Positions 26,584 to 37,280 of a stretch of DNA of 64,000 bases are shown here, piece after piece. The stretch is taken from positions 5,031 through 69,030 of the forward strand of contig JAYVSZ010000015.1 of assembly GCA_043774925.1 (NCBI GenBank). The letters run 5' to 3'. The notes under the pieces were generated by a model, which did not search any database, was not told the origin of the DNA, and saw only the letters and a program-made list of their open reading frames with translations. Position numbers and translations under genes: made by a program. Numbering within the stretch: position 1 is the stretch's first letter; each line of letters starts with the position of its first letter. The stretch comes from Methylophilaceae bacterium. GTDB lineage: Bacteria > Pseudomonadota > Gammaproteobacteria > Burkholderiales > Methylophilaceae.

Positions 26584-27697
26584 ACATCTCGCTTTTCAAA
26601 CGCGTCACCCTTCGCGCCCTCACCGCACCAGCTAAGGCTTCTAGCAAAATCACACTTTCGCCCCAGCCCAAACAGCCATCGGTGATTGATTTTCCATATT
26701 CCAAATCACAACCTGGCACATGGTCTTGTCGCCCCGCATGCAAGTGCGATTCCACCATCACGCCAATAATACGTGCATCGCCTTGCGCAATTTGCACACC
26801 CACATCGCGCGCCACTTCAATTTGCTGTTGATACTGCTTACTGCTGTTGCCATGACTACAATCGACCATCAAGCGTGGCGCAAGGCCAGCGGTTGCGATG
26901 CCAGCACAAGCCGCATCTATGCTTTTCGCATCGTAATTCGGCATTTTGCCGCCACGTAAAATCACGTGGCAATCTTCATTGCCAGCGGTCGAAATAATCG
27001 CCGATTGTCCTTCTTTGGTGACAGATAAGAAATGGTGTGGCCTTACAGCGGTTTTAATCGCATCAATCGCCACATTCACACTGCCATCCGTGCCATTTTT
27101 AAAGCCCACAGGGCACGATAAGCCCGATGCCAGTTCGCGATGCACTTGCGATTCCGTGGTGCGCGCGCCAATCGCGCCCCAACTGACTAAATCAGCGGTG
27201 TATTGCGGCGTAATCAAATCTAAAAATTCCATGCCCGCAGGCATGCCAAGCTCGTTCACATCCAGCAAAAATTTACGCGCTTTTTCTAAGCCTTCATTAA
27301 TCGCGTAACTGCCGTCAAGGTGCGGATCGTTAATCAGCCCTTTCCAGCCGACGGTGGTGCGTGGTTTCTCGAAGTACACTCGCATCACAATCAGCAAATC
27401 GGCGCTCAAACGGTCGCGCAAGTCTTTTAAAAGATGCGCGTATTCCATACCAGCCTTAGTATCGTGAATGCTGCAAGGCCCGATAATTACTAGCAAACGG
27501 TCGTCCAAGTCGTGCAAAATATTGTGAATCGTTTTGCGCGTAGCCAAAATATTTTGCGTGCTCGTGGCGCTTTCTTTCAGGCGCGCAATGAGCTCAATCG
27601 GCGTAATCAGCGGCTTAATTTCACGAACGCGGACGTCGTCCGTCGCTAATTTTTCGTAGCTGGCAATGGTAAGGCCTTGTTTTTCTGCTTCAGTCAT
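26582..27697 (-). CDS. aroG: 3-deoxy-7-phosphoheptulonate (DAHP) synthase, class I
   Basis: DDRLLVIIGPCSIHD, YFEKPRTTVGWKGLINDP, IGARTTESQVHRELASGLS, KNGTDG. The isozyme (Phe/Tyr/Trp-sensitive) cannot be assigned. Confidence 0.9.
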   Translation of the reverse strand: MTEAEKQGLTIASYEKLATDDVRVREIKPLITPIELIARLKESATSTQNILATRKTIHNILHDLDDRLLVIIGPCSIHDTKAGMEYAHLLKDLRDRLSADLLIVMRVYFEKPRTTVGWKGLINDPHLDGSYAINEGLEKARKFLLDVNELGMPAGMEFLDLITPQYTADLVSWGAIGARTTESQVHRELASGLSCPVGFKNGTDGSVNVAIDAIKTAVRPHHFLSVTKEGQSAIISTAGNEDCHVILRGGKMPNYDAKSIDAACAGIATAGLAPRLMVDCSHGNSSKQYQQQIEVARDVGVQIAQGDARIIGVMVESHLHAGRQDHVPGCDLEYGKSITDGCLGWGESVILLEALAGAVRARRVTRLKSEM

Positions 27698-28790
27698 TAA
27701 TAATCTTATTCAATATTTCTAAAAATTTTGCGTTTTCGCTAAATAATCCAACACTTACACGCAAATAATCAGGCATTTCGTAATTGGCGATTGGACGCAC
27801 AATCACGCCATTTTGTAACAGTTTTTGGTTCACTTGCGCTGCGTTTGCTATTTTAAAGCTGACAAAATTGCCAAACGAAGGAATGTATTCTAAGCCTAAT
27901 TTGTGAAAACCCTGTGTCAATTGCGCCATACCTGCCATGTTCGCAGCGTAACTGCGTGCGACAAAATCCTCATCGGCCAACGAGGCAACCGCCGCCACTT
28001 GCGCGATGGAGTTCACATTAAACGGCTGACGCACGCGGTTGAGCATATCAGCGACATCGGTGTGCATCAGGCCAAAACCTACGCGCAAGCCTGCGAGGCC
28101 GTACGCTTTGGAAAAAGTGCGCGAAATAATCAAATTCGGAAATTCTGCCAGCCAGTTAATCGCTTCAGATTTATGTTCTGCACTTAAATATTCGCCATAA
28201 GCCTCATCCAGCAAAATAAGCACATGGCTGGGAGCCGCATGGATAAAGGCGCGCAGAGCATCCTTATTAATGAGCGTACCCGTCGGATTGTTTGGATTTG
28301 CAATAAAAATGAGTTTGGTTTTGGGCGTAATGGCTTTGGCAAAAGCAGCCAAATCATGCGCAAAATCTTTAGCTGGAATCACCACGCCTGTTGCGCCAAC
28401 CGCTTGCGTCACCAATGGATACACGGCAAACGCATGTCGGGAATAAATCGCTTCGTCACGTTCGCCCAAAAATGCTCTTGCAGCCAGCTCCAGTATGTCG
28501 TTCGAGCCATTACCAAACACGATTTGGTTTGGCGAAACACCAAATTTTTTGCTCACCGCATCACGCAGGGCGAAACTGTTGCCGTCAGGGTAGCGCGCAA
28601 TGTCGCCAATTGCGTCTTCAATCGCCATTTGCGCTTTTGGGCTGATGCCAAGCGGGTTTTCGTTGGACGCGAGTTTGACAATATCGGCTTCGTTCAAGCC
28701 CATTTCGCGCGCAAGCTCAGCAATCGGCTTGCCGCCTTGATAGGGTGCGATTACCCGAATATAATCAGGTGCTAATTCTTTTAAATTCAT
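27690..28790 (-). CDS. hisC: histidinol-phosphate/aromatic aminotransferase
   Basis: KLASNENPLG, YPD, SRTFSKAYGLAGLRVG (PLP lysine). pheA-hisC context. Confidence 0.9.
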   Translation of the reverse strand: MNLKELAPDYIRVIAPYQGGKPIAELAREMGLNEADIVKLASNENPLGISPKAQMAIEDAIGDIARYPDGNSFALRDAVSKKFGVSPNQIVFGNGSNDILELAARAFLGERDEAIYSRHAFAVYPLVTQAVGATGVVIPAKDFAHDLAAFAKAITPKTKLIFIANPNNPTGTLINKDALRAFIHAAPSHVLILLDEAYGEYLSAEHKSEAINWLAEFPNLIISRTFSKAYGLAGLRVGFGLMHTDVADMLNRVRQPFNVNSIAQVAAVASLADEDFVARSYAANMAGMAQLTQGFHKLGLEYIPSFGNFVSFKIANAAQVNQKLLQNGVIVRPIANYEMPDYLRVSVGLFSENAKFLEILNKIIND

Positions 28791-28792
28791 GA

Positions 28793-29890
28793 CTAAATCA
28801 CAGCGATGGGGTAAGAGCCGAGCACTTTGACGGAAGACGCGCGTTCACGCAAATCTGTCAGCGCGGCCTGGACTTTTTGGTCGTTTTGGTGACCTTCGAT
28901 ATCGACGAAAAACACGTAATTCCAAAGTTCAATTTTCGATGGGCGTGATTCCAGCTTGGTCATGCTCACGCCATGTCGCGCAAGCGGTTCCAGCAGCTCC
29001 ACCATCGCGCCAGGTTTGTTTTTGGTGCTTAACACGAGTGAGGTTTTGTCGTTGCCAGAAGCCGCGACTTCGTGTTTGCCCATCACCAAAAAGCGTGTGG
29101 TATTTTTCGGATCATCCTCAATATTTTCCGCCAGCACATTCAAATCAAACAACTCTGCCGCGCGTTTGCTGGCAATGGCGGCGGCAAATGTGCCATCCGC
29201 AGAAACCAACTCATGAATCATTTGCGCAGCGATAGCATTGCTGGTCACCGCTTCGCGCGTGGCTTTTGGCAGATTCTTATTCAGCCACTCGTGGCATTGC
29301 GAAAGCGATTGGCTGTGCGAAAACACATGATGAATTCTGCTAATGTCCACCTGCTTGGAAAGCAAGCAATGATGCACCGGCAGGGTGATTTCGCCACAAA
29401 TTTTAAGCGGGCTGGAAAGTAACAAATCCAGCGTCAAGCCAATCGCACCTTCAGTCGAATTTTCTACTGGCACCACGCCATAATCCGCTTGATTCGCTTC
29501 CAGTGTGCGGAAAACCTCGTCGATTGAACCGCACACCACCGCTTGCCTGCCTTGGCCAAATTGCTTGAGCGCAGCTTCCTCTGAATACGTGCCTAATGGC
29601 CCTAAAAATGCGATTGAAAGCTCTTTTTCCAGCGCGCGGCAGTTGGACATCACCGCGCGGAAAATATGGCTGACAGCTTCGTTTTCTAGCGGGCCTTTAT
29701 TCTGCTCTTGCAAGCGGCGCAGCACTTGCGCTTCACGCTCAGGGCGATAAATCACGCCATCATCCTTGCCGCCATTTTGCTTAACGTAGCCAATTTGGCG
29801 CGCAAGTTTTGCCCGCGCGTTGACGAGTTTCAACACTTCGTCGTCAATCGAGTCGATTTGGTCGCGATATTGTTTTAATTGGTCGGTCAT
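28793..29890 (-). CDS. pheA: bifunctional chorismate mutase/prephenate dehydratase (P-protein)
   Basis: N-terminal CM domain (LKQYRDQIDSIDDEVLKL), PDT domain (IAFLGPLGTYSEEAA, ENSTEGAI, TRF), C-terminal ACT (ESRPS). Confidence 0.93.
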   Translation of the reverse strand: MTDQLKQYRDQIDSIDDEVLKLVNARAKLARQIGYVKQNGGKDDGVIYRPEREAQVLRRLQEQNKGPLENEAVSHIFRAVMSNCRALEKELSIAFLGPLGTYSEEAALKQFGQGRQAVVCGSIDEVFRTLEANQADYGVVPVENSTEGAIGLTLDLLLSSPLKICGEITLPVHHCLLSKQVDISRIHHVFSHSQSLSQCHEWLNKNLPKATREAVTSNAIAAQMIHELVSADGTFAAAIASKRAAELFDLNVLAENIEDDPKNTTRFLVMGKHEVAASGNDKTSLVLSTKNKPGAMVELLEPLARHGVSMTKLESRPSKIELWNYVFFVDIEGHQNDQKVQAALTDLRERASSVKVLGSYPIAVI

Positions 29891-29896
29891 TACTCT

Positions 29897-31078
29897 CTAA
29901 TTGTTCAGCGGCAAAGCGCGTACGTTGAGCACGCCATCCAGCGCGCGCAACTCCGTAATCACCCTGGCGGGCACCGCCGAATCCAAATCCACCAAGGTAT
30001 AAGCCATATCGCCGCGCGATTTATTCGACATATTATGAATGTTCAAGCCCGCATTTGCCATGGCGGTAGAAATCTGCCCGAGCATATTCGGCACATTGGC
30101 ATTGGCAATCGCCAAGCGGTGCGCCGATTCGCGGTTCATTTGCACGTTAGGAAAGTTCACAGCGTTCAAAATATTGCCGTTTTCCAAATAATCGCGCAGC
30201 TGATCGGCCACCATGACTGCGCAGTTATCCTCAGCCTCTTGCGTGGATGCACCCAAATGCGGCAGCGCGACGACATGTGCATGATCTTTCAGCGTATTTG
30301 TGGGGAAATCGCAAATATAACTGTGCAATTTTTTCGCGTCTAGCGCCTCTTTAACCGCCTTCTCATCGACAATACCTTCGCGCGAGAAGTTCAGCAATAC
30401 CGCGCTGTGCTTCATTAAAGCCAAGCGCTCGGCGTTAACCATGTGCTTAGTCGCGGGAATCAGCGGCACATGTAGCGTGACGAAATCGCTATGTTTGAGT
30501 ACATCTTCCACACTGTGCGCGCGCTTCACTTGCGAAGACAAACGCCAAGCTTGATCCACCGAAATTTCTGGATCGTAACCCAATACATGCATGCCAAGCT
30601 TCAGCGCGGTATCCGCCACCAAACCACCAATCGCGCCAAGGCCAATAATGCCCAAAGTACGGCCTGGTAACTCAACGCCAGCGAAGTGTTTTTTGCCATC
30701 CTCCACGCTTTTCGACATGGTCGCGTCATCGCCCTGCAAAGTCGTCACAAACTTTATGGCAGGGCCAAGATTGCGCGCTGCGATTAGCATGCCCGCTAAA
30801 ACCAGCTCCTTAACCGCATTGGCATTGGCGCCTGGGCTATTAAATACTGGCACGCCGCGTGCGCTTAAAGCAGAAATGGGAATATTATTGGTGCCAGCAC
30901 CTGCCCTAGCAACTGCTTGCACGCTGGCTGGAATGTCCATGGTGTGCATGTCGAACGAGCGTAGCATAATTCCATCTGGCTCAGCGAGCTCGCCAGAAAC
31001 TTCAAAATTATCCGCAGGGAAACGTTTTAAGCCGTGCGATGAAATTTTGTTAAGAACCAACACCTTATGCTTCGCCAT
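29897..31078 (-). CDS. serA: D-3-phosphoglycerate dehydrogenase-type 2-hydroxyacid dehydrogenase with C-terminal ACT-like domain
   Basis: GIIGLGAIGGLVA NAD fold, catalytic HLGAST. Adjacent to serC. Confidence 0.75.
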   Translation of the reverse strand: MAKHKVLVLNKISSHGLKRFPADNFEVSGELAEPDGIMLRSFDMHTMDIPASVQAVARAGAGTNNIPISALSARGVPVFNSPGANANAVKELVLAGMLIAARNLGPAIKFVTTLQGDDATMSKSVEDGKKHFAGVELPGRTLGIIGLGAIGGLVADTALKLGMHVLGYDPEISVDQAWRLSSQVKRAHSVEDVLKHSDFVTLHVPLIPATKHMVNAERLALMKHSAVLLNFSREGIVDEKAVKEALDAKKLHSYICDFPTNTLKDHAHVVALPHLGASTQEAEDNCAVMVADQLRDYLENGNILNAVNFPNVQMNRESAHRLAIANANVPNMLGQISTAMANAGLNIHNMSNKSRGDMAYTLVDLDSAVPARVITELRALDGVLNVRALPLNN

Positions 31079-31132
31079 GCTTTACCACTCCCCTATGCGG
31101 CCAGTATTTTTCGGCCTAATGATTTGTTATTT

Positions 31133-32215
31133 TTAACTGTGACTTTGCTCGAAGGCCTTCATAAAATCAACTAAAGTTTGCACACCTTCTACTGGCATCG
31201 CGTTATAAATAGAGGCGCGCATACCGCCCACAGAACGGTGACCTTTTAATTGCAACAAGCCACGATTTTTCGCCTCTTTCAAGAAGTCTTCATCTAAAGC
31301 TTCATTTGCTAGCGTGAATGGAATATTCATGCGTGAGCGATTTTCCTTCGCTGTTGGGCAATTGTAAAAATCGGTGCTATCCAAGTAATCGTAAAGCATG
31401 TTGGCTTTTAAAATATTGGTTTTTTCCATTGCCGCCAAGCCACCTTTGGCTTTGAGCATTTTAAACACCAAACCAGCCACGTAAATAGCAAATGTCGGCG
31501 GCGTGTTGTACATGGATTCGTTATCTGCATGGATTTTGTAATCATACATACTCGGCGTGCCAGCCATGGTTTCGCCAATCAAATCCTCGCGCACAATCAC
31601 AATCGCCAAGCCTGCTGGACCGATATTTTTTTGCGAACCTGCATAAATCAGCGCATATTTGGAAACATCTATCGGGCGCGACAAAATATGCGAAGACATA
31701 TCCGCCACCAAAGGCACATCGCCTGTGTTGGGTGTTTCGAAAATCTCAACGCCGCCAATCGTTTCGTTGGTGCAAATATGCACGTAAGCCGCATCTGCAT
31801 TGAGTTTCCAGCCAGATGAAGCAGGCGCATAACTGAAATTTTTGTCAGCTGAAGTGGCGACCACATTCACTTCACAATACTTTTTCGCCTCAGAAATGGC
31901 TTTTTTTGACCATTCGCCAGAATTTAAATAATCTGCCGTTTTCTTACCGCGCAGTAAATTCATGGGAATCATGCCAAACTGCGCCGAGCCGCCACCTTGC
32001 AAAAATAATACTTTGTAATTAGCAGGAATCGCCAACAACTCGCGCAAATCCGCTTCAGCTTCTGCCGCAATACTCATGAACTCTTTGCCGCGGTGCGACA
32101 TTTCCATCACAGACATGCCAGAGCCATGCCAATCGAGCAGCTCAGCTTGCACTTGCGTGAGCACATCCTTTGGTAGCACAGCCGGACCAGCGGAAAAATT
32201 GTAAATCTGCGTCAT
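31133..32215 (-). CDS. serC: phosphoserine aminotransferase
   Basis: [36 protein letters not shown] (PLP Lys), [12 protein letters not shown]. Confidence 0.95.
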   Translation of the reverse strand: MTQIYNFSAGPAVLPKDVLTQVQAELLDWHGSGMSVMEMSHRGKEFMSIAAEAEADLRELLAIPANYKVLFLQGGGSAQFGMIPMNLLRGKKTADYLNSGEWSKKAISEAKKYCEVNVVATSADKNFSYAPASSGWKLNADAAYVHICTNETIGGVEIFETPNTGDVPLVADMSSHILSRPIDVSKYALIYAGSQKNIGPAGLAIVIVREDLIGETMAGTPSMYDYKIHADNESMYNTPPTFAIYVAGLVFKMLKAKGGLAAMEKTNILKANMLYDYLDSTDFYNCPTAKENRSRMNIPFTLANEALDEDFLKEAKNRGLLQLKGHRSVGGMRASIYNAMPVEGVQTLVDFMKAFEQSHS

Positions 32216-32255
32216 CTAAAAACTCTCCAAAATTAAAGCTATTATCAAAGTTGCA

Positions 32256-34832
32256 TTATTCTACATCACTGCCAATTTCATCATCTGTTTCGACGATTTT
32301 CTCTAGGCCAGAAAGCTTCTCGCCCTCGCCCAAGTTAATCAGCGTCACGCCTTGTGTGGCGCGTCCCATGTCTCGAATCTCTTTCACGCGCGTGCGAATC
32401 AACACGCCACCCGTTGTAATCAGCATAATTTCATCATCGTCACCCACTAATTTCGCCGCCACTACCAAGCCGTTACGGTCACTCACAGCAATGGCTTTTA
32501 CGCCTTGCGTGCCGCGACCAGAGTGGCGGAACTCTGCCAATACCGTGCGTTTGCCATAGCCATTTTCTGTGGCTACCAGCACAGACTGCTGGTCATTATC
32601 TGCAATTAAGAGCGAAAGCACTTGTTGCTTAGCGGCGAGCTTCATGCCGCGCACACCACGCGTGGCGCGCCCCATTGGCCGCACATCATCCTCGGTAAAC
32701 CATACCGCCTTGCCGCCGTTAGAAACCAGCACAATATCATTTTTGCCATTGGTAATTTCAGCGCCAATCAAGTAATCGCCCTCGTCCAGTTTAATAGCGA
32801 TAATGCCGTTTTTGCGCGGATTTGCAAATTCTGTCAATGCAGTTTTTTTCACCGTGCCTTGTGCCGTTGTCATAAAAATAAAGTGGTTTTCATCAAACTC
32901 TTTTACCGACAAAATGGCGTTAATTTTTTCGTTTTCATCCAGCGGGAATAAGTTCACAATTGGCTTGCCACGCCCGATTCTACTGCCTTGTGGCACTTCA
33001 TACACCTTCAGCCAATACACTTGACCAAGGCTACTGAAGCACAGAATGTAATCGTGCGTATTCGCCACAAACATTTTGTCGATAAAGTCATCTTCTTTGG
33101 TCGGCGCCGCTTGTTTGCCACGTCCACCGCGTTTTTGTGCGCGATACTCTTCTAGCGGTTGCGATTTAATATAACCTGTGTGCGACAGCGTCACCACAAC
33201 ATCTTGCGGCGTGATTAAATCTTCTAGCGATAAATCTTGCGCATTCTCGATGATTTCAGAGCGGCGTTTATCACCAAATTGTTTGCGAATTTCAGTCAAC
33301 TCATCGGTAATCATGGTTGTTACGCGTGCGGCATTGGCCAAGATATGCAGCAAGTCCGCAATTACGTCCATCACTTCTTTGTATTCCGTTACAATTTTGT
33401 CTTGCTCAAGGCCAGTTAAGCGTTGCAGGCGCATTTGCAAGATTTCTTGCGCTTGCACTTCGCTTAATTTGTAGCCTTTTTCGCTCAAACCAAACGCTTC
33501 ATCCAAGCCTTCTGGTCGCGAAGCCTCCATCGCGGCGCGTTTCAACATTTCCTCTACCACAGGCGATTGCCACGTCTTCGCCATCAAGTCCACTTTGGCT
33601 TCAGGCGGCGTTGGTGCGGCTTTTATAATCGCAATCATTTCATCCACATTGGCCAGCGCCACTGCCAAGCCTTCCAACACATGACCACGCTCACGCGCTT
33701 TGCGCAGTTCAAATACTGTGCGGCGCGTAATGACCTCACGGCGATGGCGTAAAAACGCCTCTAACATTTGTTTTAAGTTCAGCAAACGTGGCTGACCATC
33801 GAGCAAAGCCACCATATTCATGCCAAACGTATCTTGCAGTTGCGTTTGTTTGTAGAGATTATTCAATACAACCTCAGGCACTTCACCACGTTTAAGCTCA
33901 ATCACAACGCGCATGCCAGCTTTATCCGATTCATCGCGCAAATCAGAAATGCCTTCGATTTTCTTTTCGTTCACCAGCTCGGCAATTTTCTCGACGAAGG
34001 TTTTCTTGTTTACCTGGTAAGGCAACTCGTCCACAATCAGCGCCTGACGGCCGCCGGATTTGTCCATATCTTCAAAGTGTGTGCGACCGCGCATCACCAC
34101 GCGTCCACGGCCTGTGCGGTAGCCTTCTTTTACGCCCACCGTGCCGTAGATAATGCCCGCGGTTGGGAAATCTGGCGCTGGCACTAGCTCAATCAGCTCA
34201 TCAATAGTGGTCTCTGGGTTTTTAAGTAAAGCAAAACATGCGTCCAATACTTCATTGATGTTATGTGGCGGAATGTTGGTCGCCATACCTACCGCAATGC
34301 CCGAACTGCCGTTAATCAGCAAGTTAGGAATACGCGCTGGCATAATCAGCGGTTCATGCTCGCTGCCATCGTAGTTAGGGCCAAAATCAACGGTTTCTTT
34401 ATCAATATCGGCCAATAATTCATGGGCGATTTTTGCCATGCGGATTTCCGTATAACGCATTGCAGCCGCGTTATCACCATCCACCGAACCGAAGTTACCT
34501 TGGCCATCCACCAGCATATAGCGCAAGCTAAAGTCCTGCGCCATCCGCACGATGGTGTCGTACACCGCCGTGTCGCCATGTGGATGGTATTTACCTATCA
34601 CATCGCCTACAATACGTGCAGATTTTTTGTACGGCTTATTGTAATCATTGCTCAGCTCATGCATGGCAAATAACACGCGGCGATGCACTGGCTTTAAACC
34701 ATCACGCACATCGGGTAGCGCGCGGCCTACAATCACGCTCATGGCGTAATCGAGATAGCTTCTTCGCATCTCGTCTTCTAAACTAATTGGCAGGGTTTCT
34801 TTGGCAAACTGGTCGATTGGTTTATCTGTCAT
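32256..34832 (-). CDS. gyrA: DNA gyrase subunit A
   Basis: 858 aa. [38 protein letters not shown] (catalytic Tyr), C-terminal beta-pinwheel repeats. Confidence 0.98.
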   Translation of the reverse strand: MTDKPIDQFAKETLPISLEDEMRRSYLDYAMSVIVGRALPDVRDGLKPVHRRVLFAMHELSNDYNKPYKKSARIVGDVIGKYHPHGDTAVYDTIVRMAQDFSLRYMLVDGQGNFGSVDGDNAAAMRYTEIRMAKIAHELLADIDKETVDFGPNYDGSEHEPLIMPARIPNLLINGSSGIAVGMATNIPPHNINEVLDACFALLKNPETTIDELIELVPAPDFPTAGIIYGTVGVKEGYRTGRGRVVMRGRTHFEDMDKSGGRQALIVDELPYQVNKKTFVEKIAELVNEKKIEGISDLRDESDKAGMRVVIELKRGEVPEVVLNNLYKQTQLQDTFGMNMVALLDGQPRLLNLKQMLEAFLRHRREVITRRTVFELRKARERGHVLEGLAVALANVDEMIAIIKAAPTPPEAKVDLMAKTWQSPVVEEMLKRAAMEASRPEGLDEAFGLSEKGYKLSEVQAQEILQMRLQRLTGLEQDKIVTEYKEVMDVIADLLHILANAARVTTMITDELTEIRKQFGDKRRSEIIENAQDLSLEDLITPQDVVVTLSHTGYIKSQPLEEYRAQKRGGRGKQAAPTKEDDFIDKMFVANTHDYILCFSSLGQVYWLKVYEVPQGSRIGRGKPIVNLFPLDENEKINAILSVKEFDENHFIFMTTAQGTVKKTALTEFANPRKNGIIAIKLDEGDYLIGAEITNGKNDIVLVSNGGKAVWFTEDDVRPMGRATRGVRGMKLAAKQQVLSLLIADNDQQSVLVATENGYGKRTVLAEFRHSGRGTQGVKAIAVSDRNGLVVAAKLVGDDDEIMLITTGGVLIRTRVKEIRDMGRATQGVTLINLGEGEKLSGLEKIVETDDEIGSDVE

Positions 34833-35149
34833 TTGTTTCGTTTTTCTGCGTTAATGCTGCTTTTTTTGAGCGCGTTTTTATAAGATATTTTCTCACCAAA
34901 TATTAACATGTTTAGCGCATTAAAGCAGTGCTTATCAGCGATATTTAATGCCTAAAACACATCTTAAATTTTTAACAATTTCTGTTTATAATTTAAACAT
35001 AAAATTAATAAATATATTCAACTGGGCGAATGTGTCTTTAAGCGTAAAACCAGTTTAACGTTCAGATATTCTATCTGTTCTTACCAAAAACTTAACCCAA
35101 GGATATCAACATGCAACTTAAAAGGATTCAAAACTGAAGAAGGAATACC

Positions 35150-35389
35150 ATGAGCCGCGAAGGCAATCTAGAAGCGGCTACCCGACATGCCTTAGATTGG
35201 CAGAATCCAGACTTTTACAACGAAGAAAGCTTAAACCACGAGCTTGAGCGCATTTTTGATATTTGTCACGGCTGCCGCCGTTGTGTGAGCCTGTGCAACA
35301 GTTTCCCCACCCCGTTCAATTTGAACAACAACAATCAGGACATTGAAATATGTCTACAATGTTGGGGGAAGTCCACTGATTACTATTGA
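35150..35389 (+). pseudogene. 5' remnant of an (Fe-S)-binding oxidoreductase gene (HdrD/GlpC-like), truncated after about 55 conserved residues
   Basis: MSREGNLEAATRHALDWQNPDFYNEE...FDICHGCRRCVSLCNSFPT matches the N-terminus of a much longer Fe-S protein family as I recall it. The sequence then degenerates (PFNLNNNNQD...) and stops at 79 aa. Confidence 0.5.
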
Positions 35390-35419
35390 GCAGCTAGAAT
35401 CGCTGCGCAGTGATTTAAA

Positions 35420-35767
35420 TTAGTTTAAGCGACTTTTAGCTTGCTTAATCTCTGGCATGCCAATGTGGCTAGCAACTGCCAACATCTGCTCAACAAGTGC
35501 CAATAGCTGCTCAACATACTCAACAATCTGCTTGTAAATTGCATTAAATAAATCAGCATCCTTGCTAAAGCTGAAGGCATCTTTTGCTGATTCGATCGAG
35601 CAGTTTACTTCTACTTTTATTGCACTAAGATCTTTCGATAAGCGGGTCATCAAATTTTCATCGTCCAGCTTATTTTTCAAGCCATTCAACTGCAACTCAT
35701 TTTTAGCCAACTTGCCAGCCCAAGCAGTAAATTGCGATTCCAAACCTTTGTTGCTGTGAATCATCAT
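35420..35767 (-). CDS. orphan all-helical protein (115 aa) in an AT-rich islet
   Basis: ORF only. Heptad-like, charged helical sequence with no recognisable motif. Flanked by low-GC DNA. Confidence 0.35.
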   Translation of the reverse strand: MMIHSNKGLESQFTAWAGKLAKNELQLNGLKNKLDDENLMTRLSKDLSAIKVEVNCSIESAKDAFSFSKDADLFNAIYKQIVEYVEQLLALVEQMLAVASHIGMPEIKQAKSRLN

Positions 35768-35806
35768 TTTGTATTATCCTAATTAGATTGTTACTAATTT
35801 GTCATC

Positions 35807-35836
35807 TAAAAAACTGTTTGGATAAAACATCCAAAC
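35807..35836 (-). terminator. Rho-independent terminator after metZ
   Basis: On the minus strand, GTTTGGAT-gtttt-ATCCAAAC followed by AGTTTTTT. Confidence 0.65.
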
Positions 35837-35906
35837 TGAATGAAGGCATCATACAAAGTGCTAAAAAAATTACCAGCTTATTTACAATAGTTAACAATCG
35901 CGCATA

Positions 35907-37082
35907 TTAAAGCTTTAAATCCGCTTTCAAGTCGTTCACATTTTCCAAACCCACCGCAATACGGACGAGATTGTCTTTTATGCCCGCTTCCGCGCGAGCC
36001 TCAGCCGTAATGCGGCTGTGCGTGGTGGTGGCTGGGTGCGTAATGGTACTTTTGGCATCGCCCAAATTCGCAGTAATCGAAATCAGTTCAGTTGCATCAA
36101 TTAATGTCCAAGCCGCTTGCTGTTCGGTTTGACCTACTTTTGCTTTCACTTCAAAACTCACAATGCCGCCGCCATTGGTTTGCTGCTTCATCGCCAAATT
36201 GTGCTGCGGATGCGACTTTAAGCCTGGATAAAACACGCGCGCAACTTGTGGTTGCGCTTCTAACCAAGTAGCCAAAGCCAGCGCGCGCGCAGCATGCGCT
36301 TCCATACGCACGTGCAAAGTCTCCAAACCTTTCAAAAACACCCAAGCGTTAAATGCGCTCATGGTGACGCCTGCCGTGCGTAAAAAGCCGTACACTGGCT
36401 CCATTAACACTTTAGACCCAAGCACTGCGCCACCCAAACAGCGGCCCTGCCCATCAATAAATTTGGTGGCCGAATGAATGATGATATCCGCGCCTAATTC
36501 CAAGGGCTTTTGAATGGCAGGCGTGCAAAAACAATTATCTACCGCCAAGTGCGCGCCGGCTTTGTGGGCGATTTCGGCCAGCGCGGCAATATCGCACACT
36601 TCTGTCAGTGGGTTGGATGGCGTTTCTACAAAAAATAGTTTGGTTTTTGGGGTAGTCGCTGCCTGCCACTCGTCAAGATTCGTCAGCGAAACGAAAGTGA
36701 TGTCCAAACCCCAACGCTTGAGAATGTTGCCAAATAATTGTACAGACGTGCCAAAAATGCTGCGCGAAGCCACAATATGGTCGCCCGCGCTGCACAAACC
36801 CATGACGCATGCCAAAATAGCCGACATGCCGCTTGATGTCGCCACGCACTGCTCCGCGCCTTCCAGCGCAGCCAGTTTATTTTGAAACATGGTGACGGTT
36901 GGGTTGGTAAAGCGCGAGTAAATATTACCAGGCTCTGTGCCACCAAAACGCGCTGCTGCTTGCGCTGCGCTTTTAAATCTAAAACTCGAATTTAAAAAAA
37001 GTGCTTCAGAATTCTCGCCAAACTCCGTCATTTCACTACCTGCGCGCACTGCAAGGGTTTCTGCATGATAGTTTTTTGTCAT
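35907..37082 (-). CDS. metZ: O-succinylhomoserine sulfhydrylase
   Basis: Cys/Met-metabolism PLP family (HSATKFIDGQGR PLP Lys). N-terminus and purF-metZ context are typical of MetZ. Confidence 0.85.
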   Translation of the reverse strand: MTKNYHAETLAVRAGSEMTEFGENSEALFLNSSFRFKSAAQAAARFGGTEPGNIYSRFTNPTVTMFQNKLAALEGAEQCVATSSGMSAILACVMGLCSAGDHIVASRSIFGTSVQLFGNILKRWGLDITFVSLTNLDEWQAATTPKTKLFFVETPSNPLTEVCDIAALAEIAHKAGAHLAVDNCFCTPAIQKPLELGADIIIHSATKFIDGQGRCLGGAVLGSKVLMEPVYGFLRTAGVTMSAFNAWVFLKGLETLHVRMEAHAARALALATWLEAQPQVARVFYPGLKSHPQHNLAMKQQTNGGGIVSFEVKAKVGQTEQQAAWTLIDATELISITANLGDAKSTITHPATTTHSRITAEARAEAGIKDNLVRIAVGLENVNDLKADLKL

Positions 37083-37118
37083 ATTTGCCTCTTAATCTTA
37101 TCTTAACGGGCATTAAAA

Positions 37119-37162
37119 AACCCGTGATAGCTGTACAAGGCTAAAACGGGTTCTTTTTTACC
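37119..37162 (-). terminator. stem-loop with U-tract between purF and metZ (purF terminator and/or metZ leader attenuator)
   Basis: On the minus strand, AACCCGT-30 nt-ACGGGTT followed by TTTTAATG. A T-run also lies on the plus strand. Confidence 0.55.
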
Positions 37163-37280
37163 TCGCTTTAGCAGAATTTATTATGCGCTCGCAAGCTGAG
37201 TTAGGCTTTGTTTAAGATTGGCCACTCAAATCAGCGCAGATTCATATTATGCCGATCTATTTAATTCGTCAAGCATCCAA

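Noticed and set aside
28224-28775. 183-aa plus-strand ORF antisense to hisC, and similar ORFs antisense to argF (58218-58886), serA (30591-31136), trpB/trpF (43953-44489), accD (41457-41885) and argD (59130-59588)
   Set aside because: They are embedded in confidently identified genes on the other strand. Their translations are Arg/Cys/His-rich or compositionally odd and carry no recognisable motifs.
34557-34571. Thr instead of Ser at the GyrA position equivalent to E. coli Ser83 ([10 protein letters not shown])
   Set aside because: Thr is the wild-type residue in many proteobacteria, and the Asp87 equivalent is unchanged. This is not evidence of quinolone-resistance mutation.
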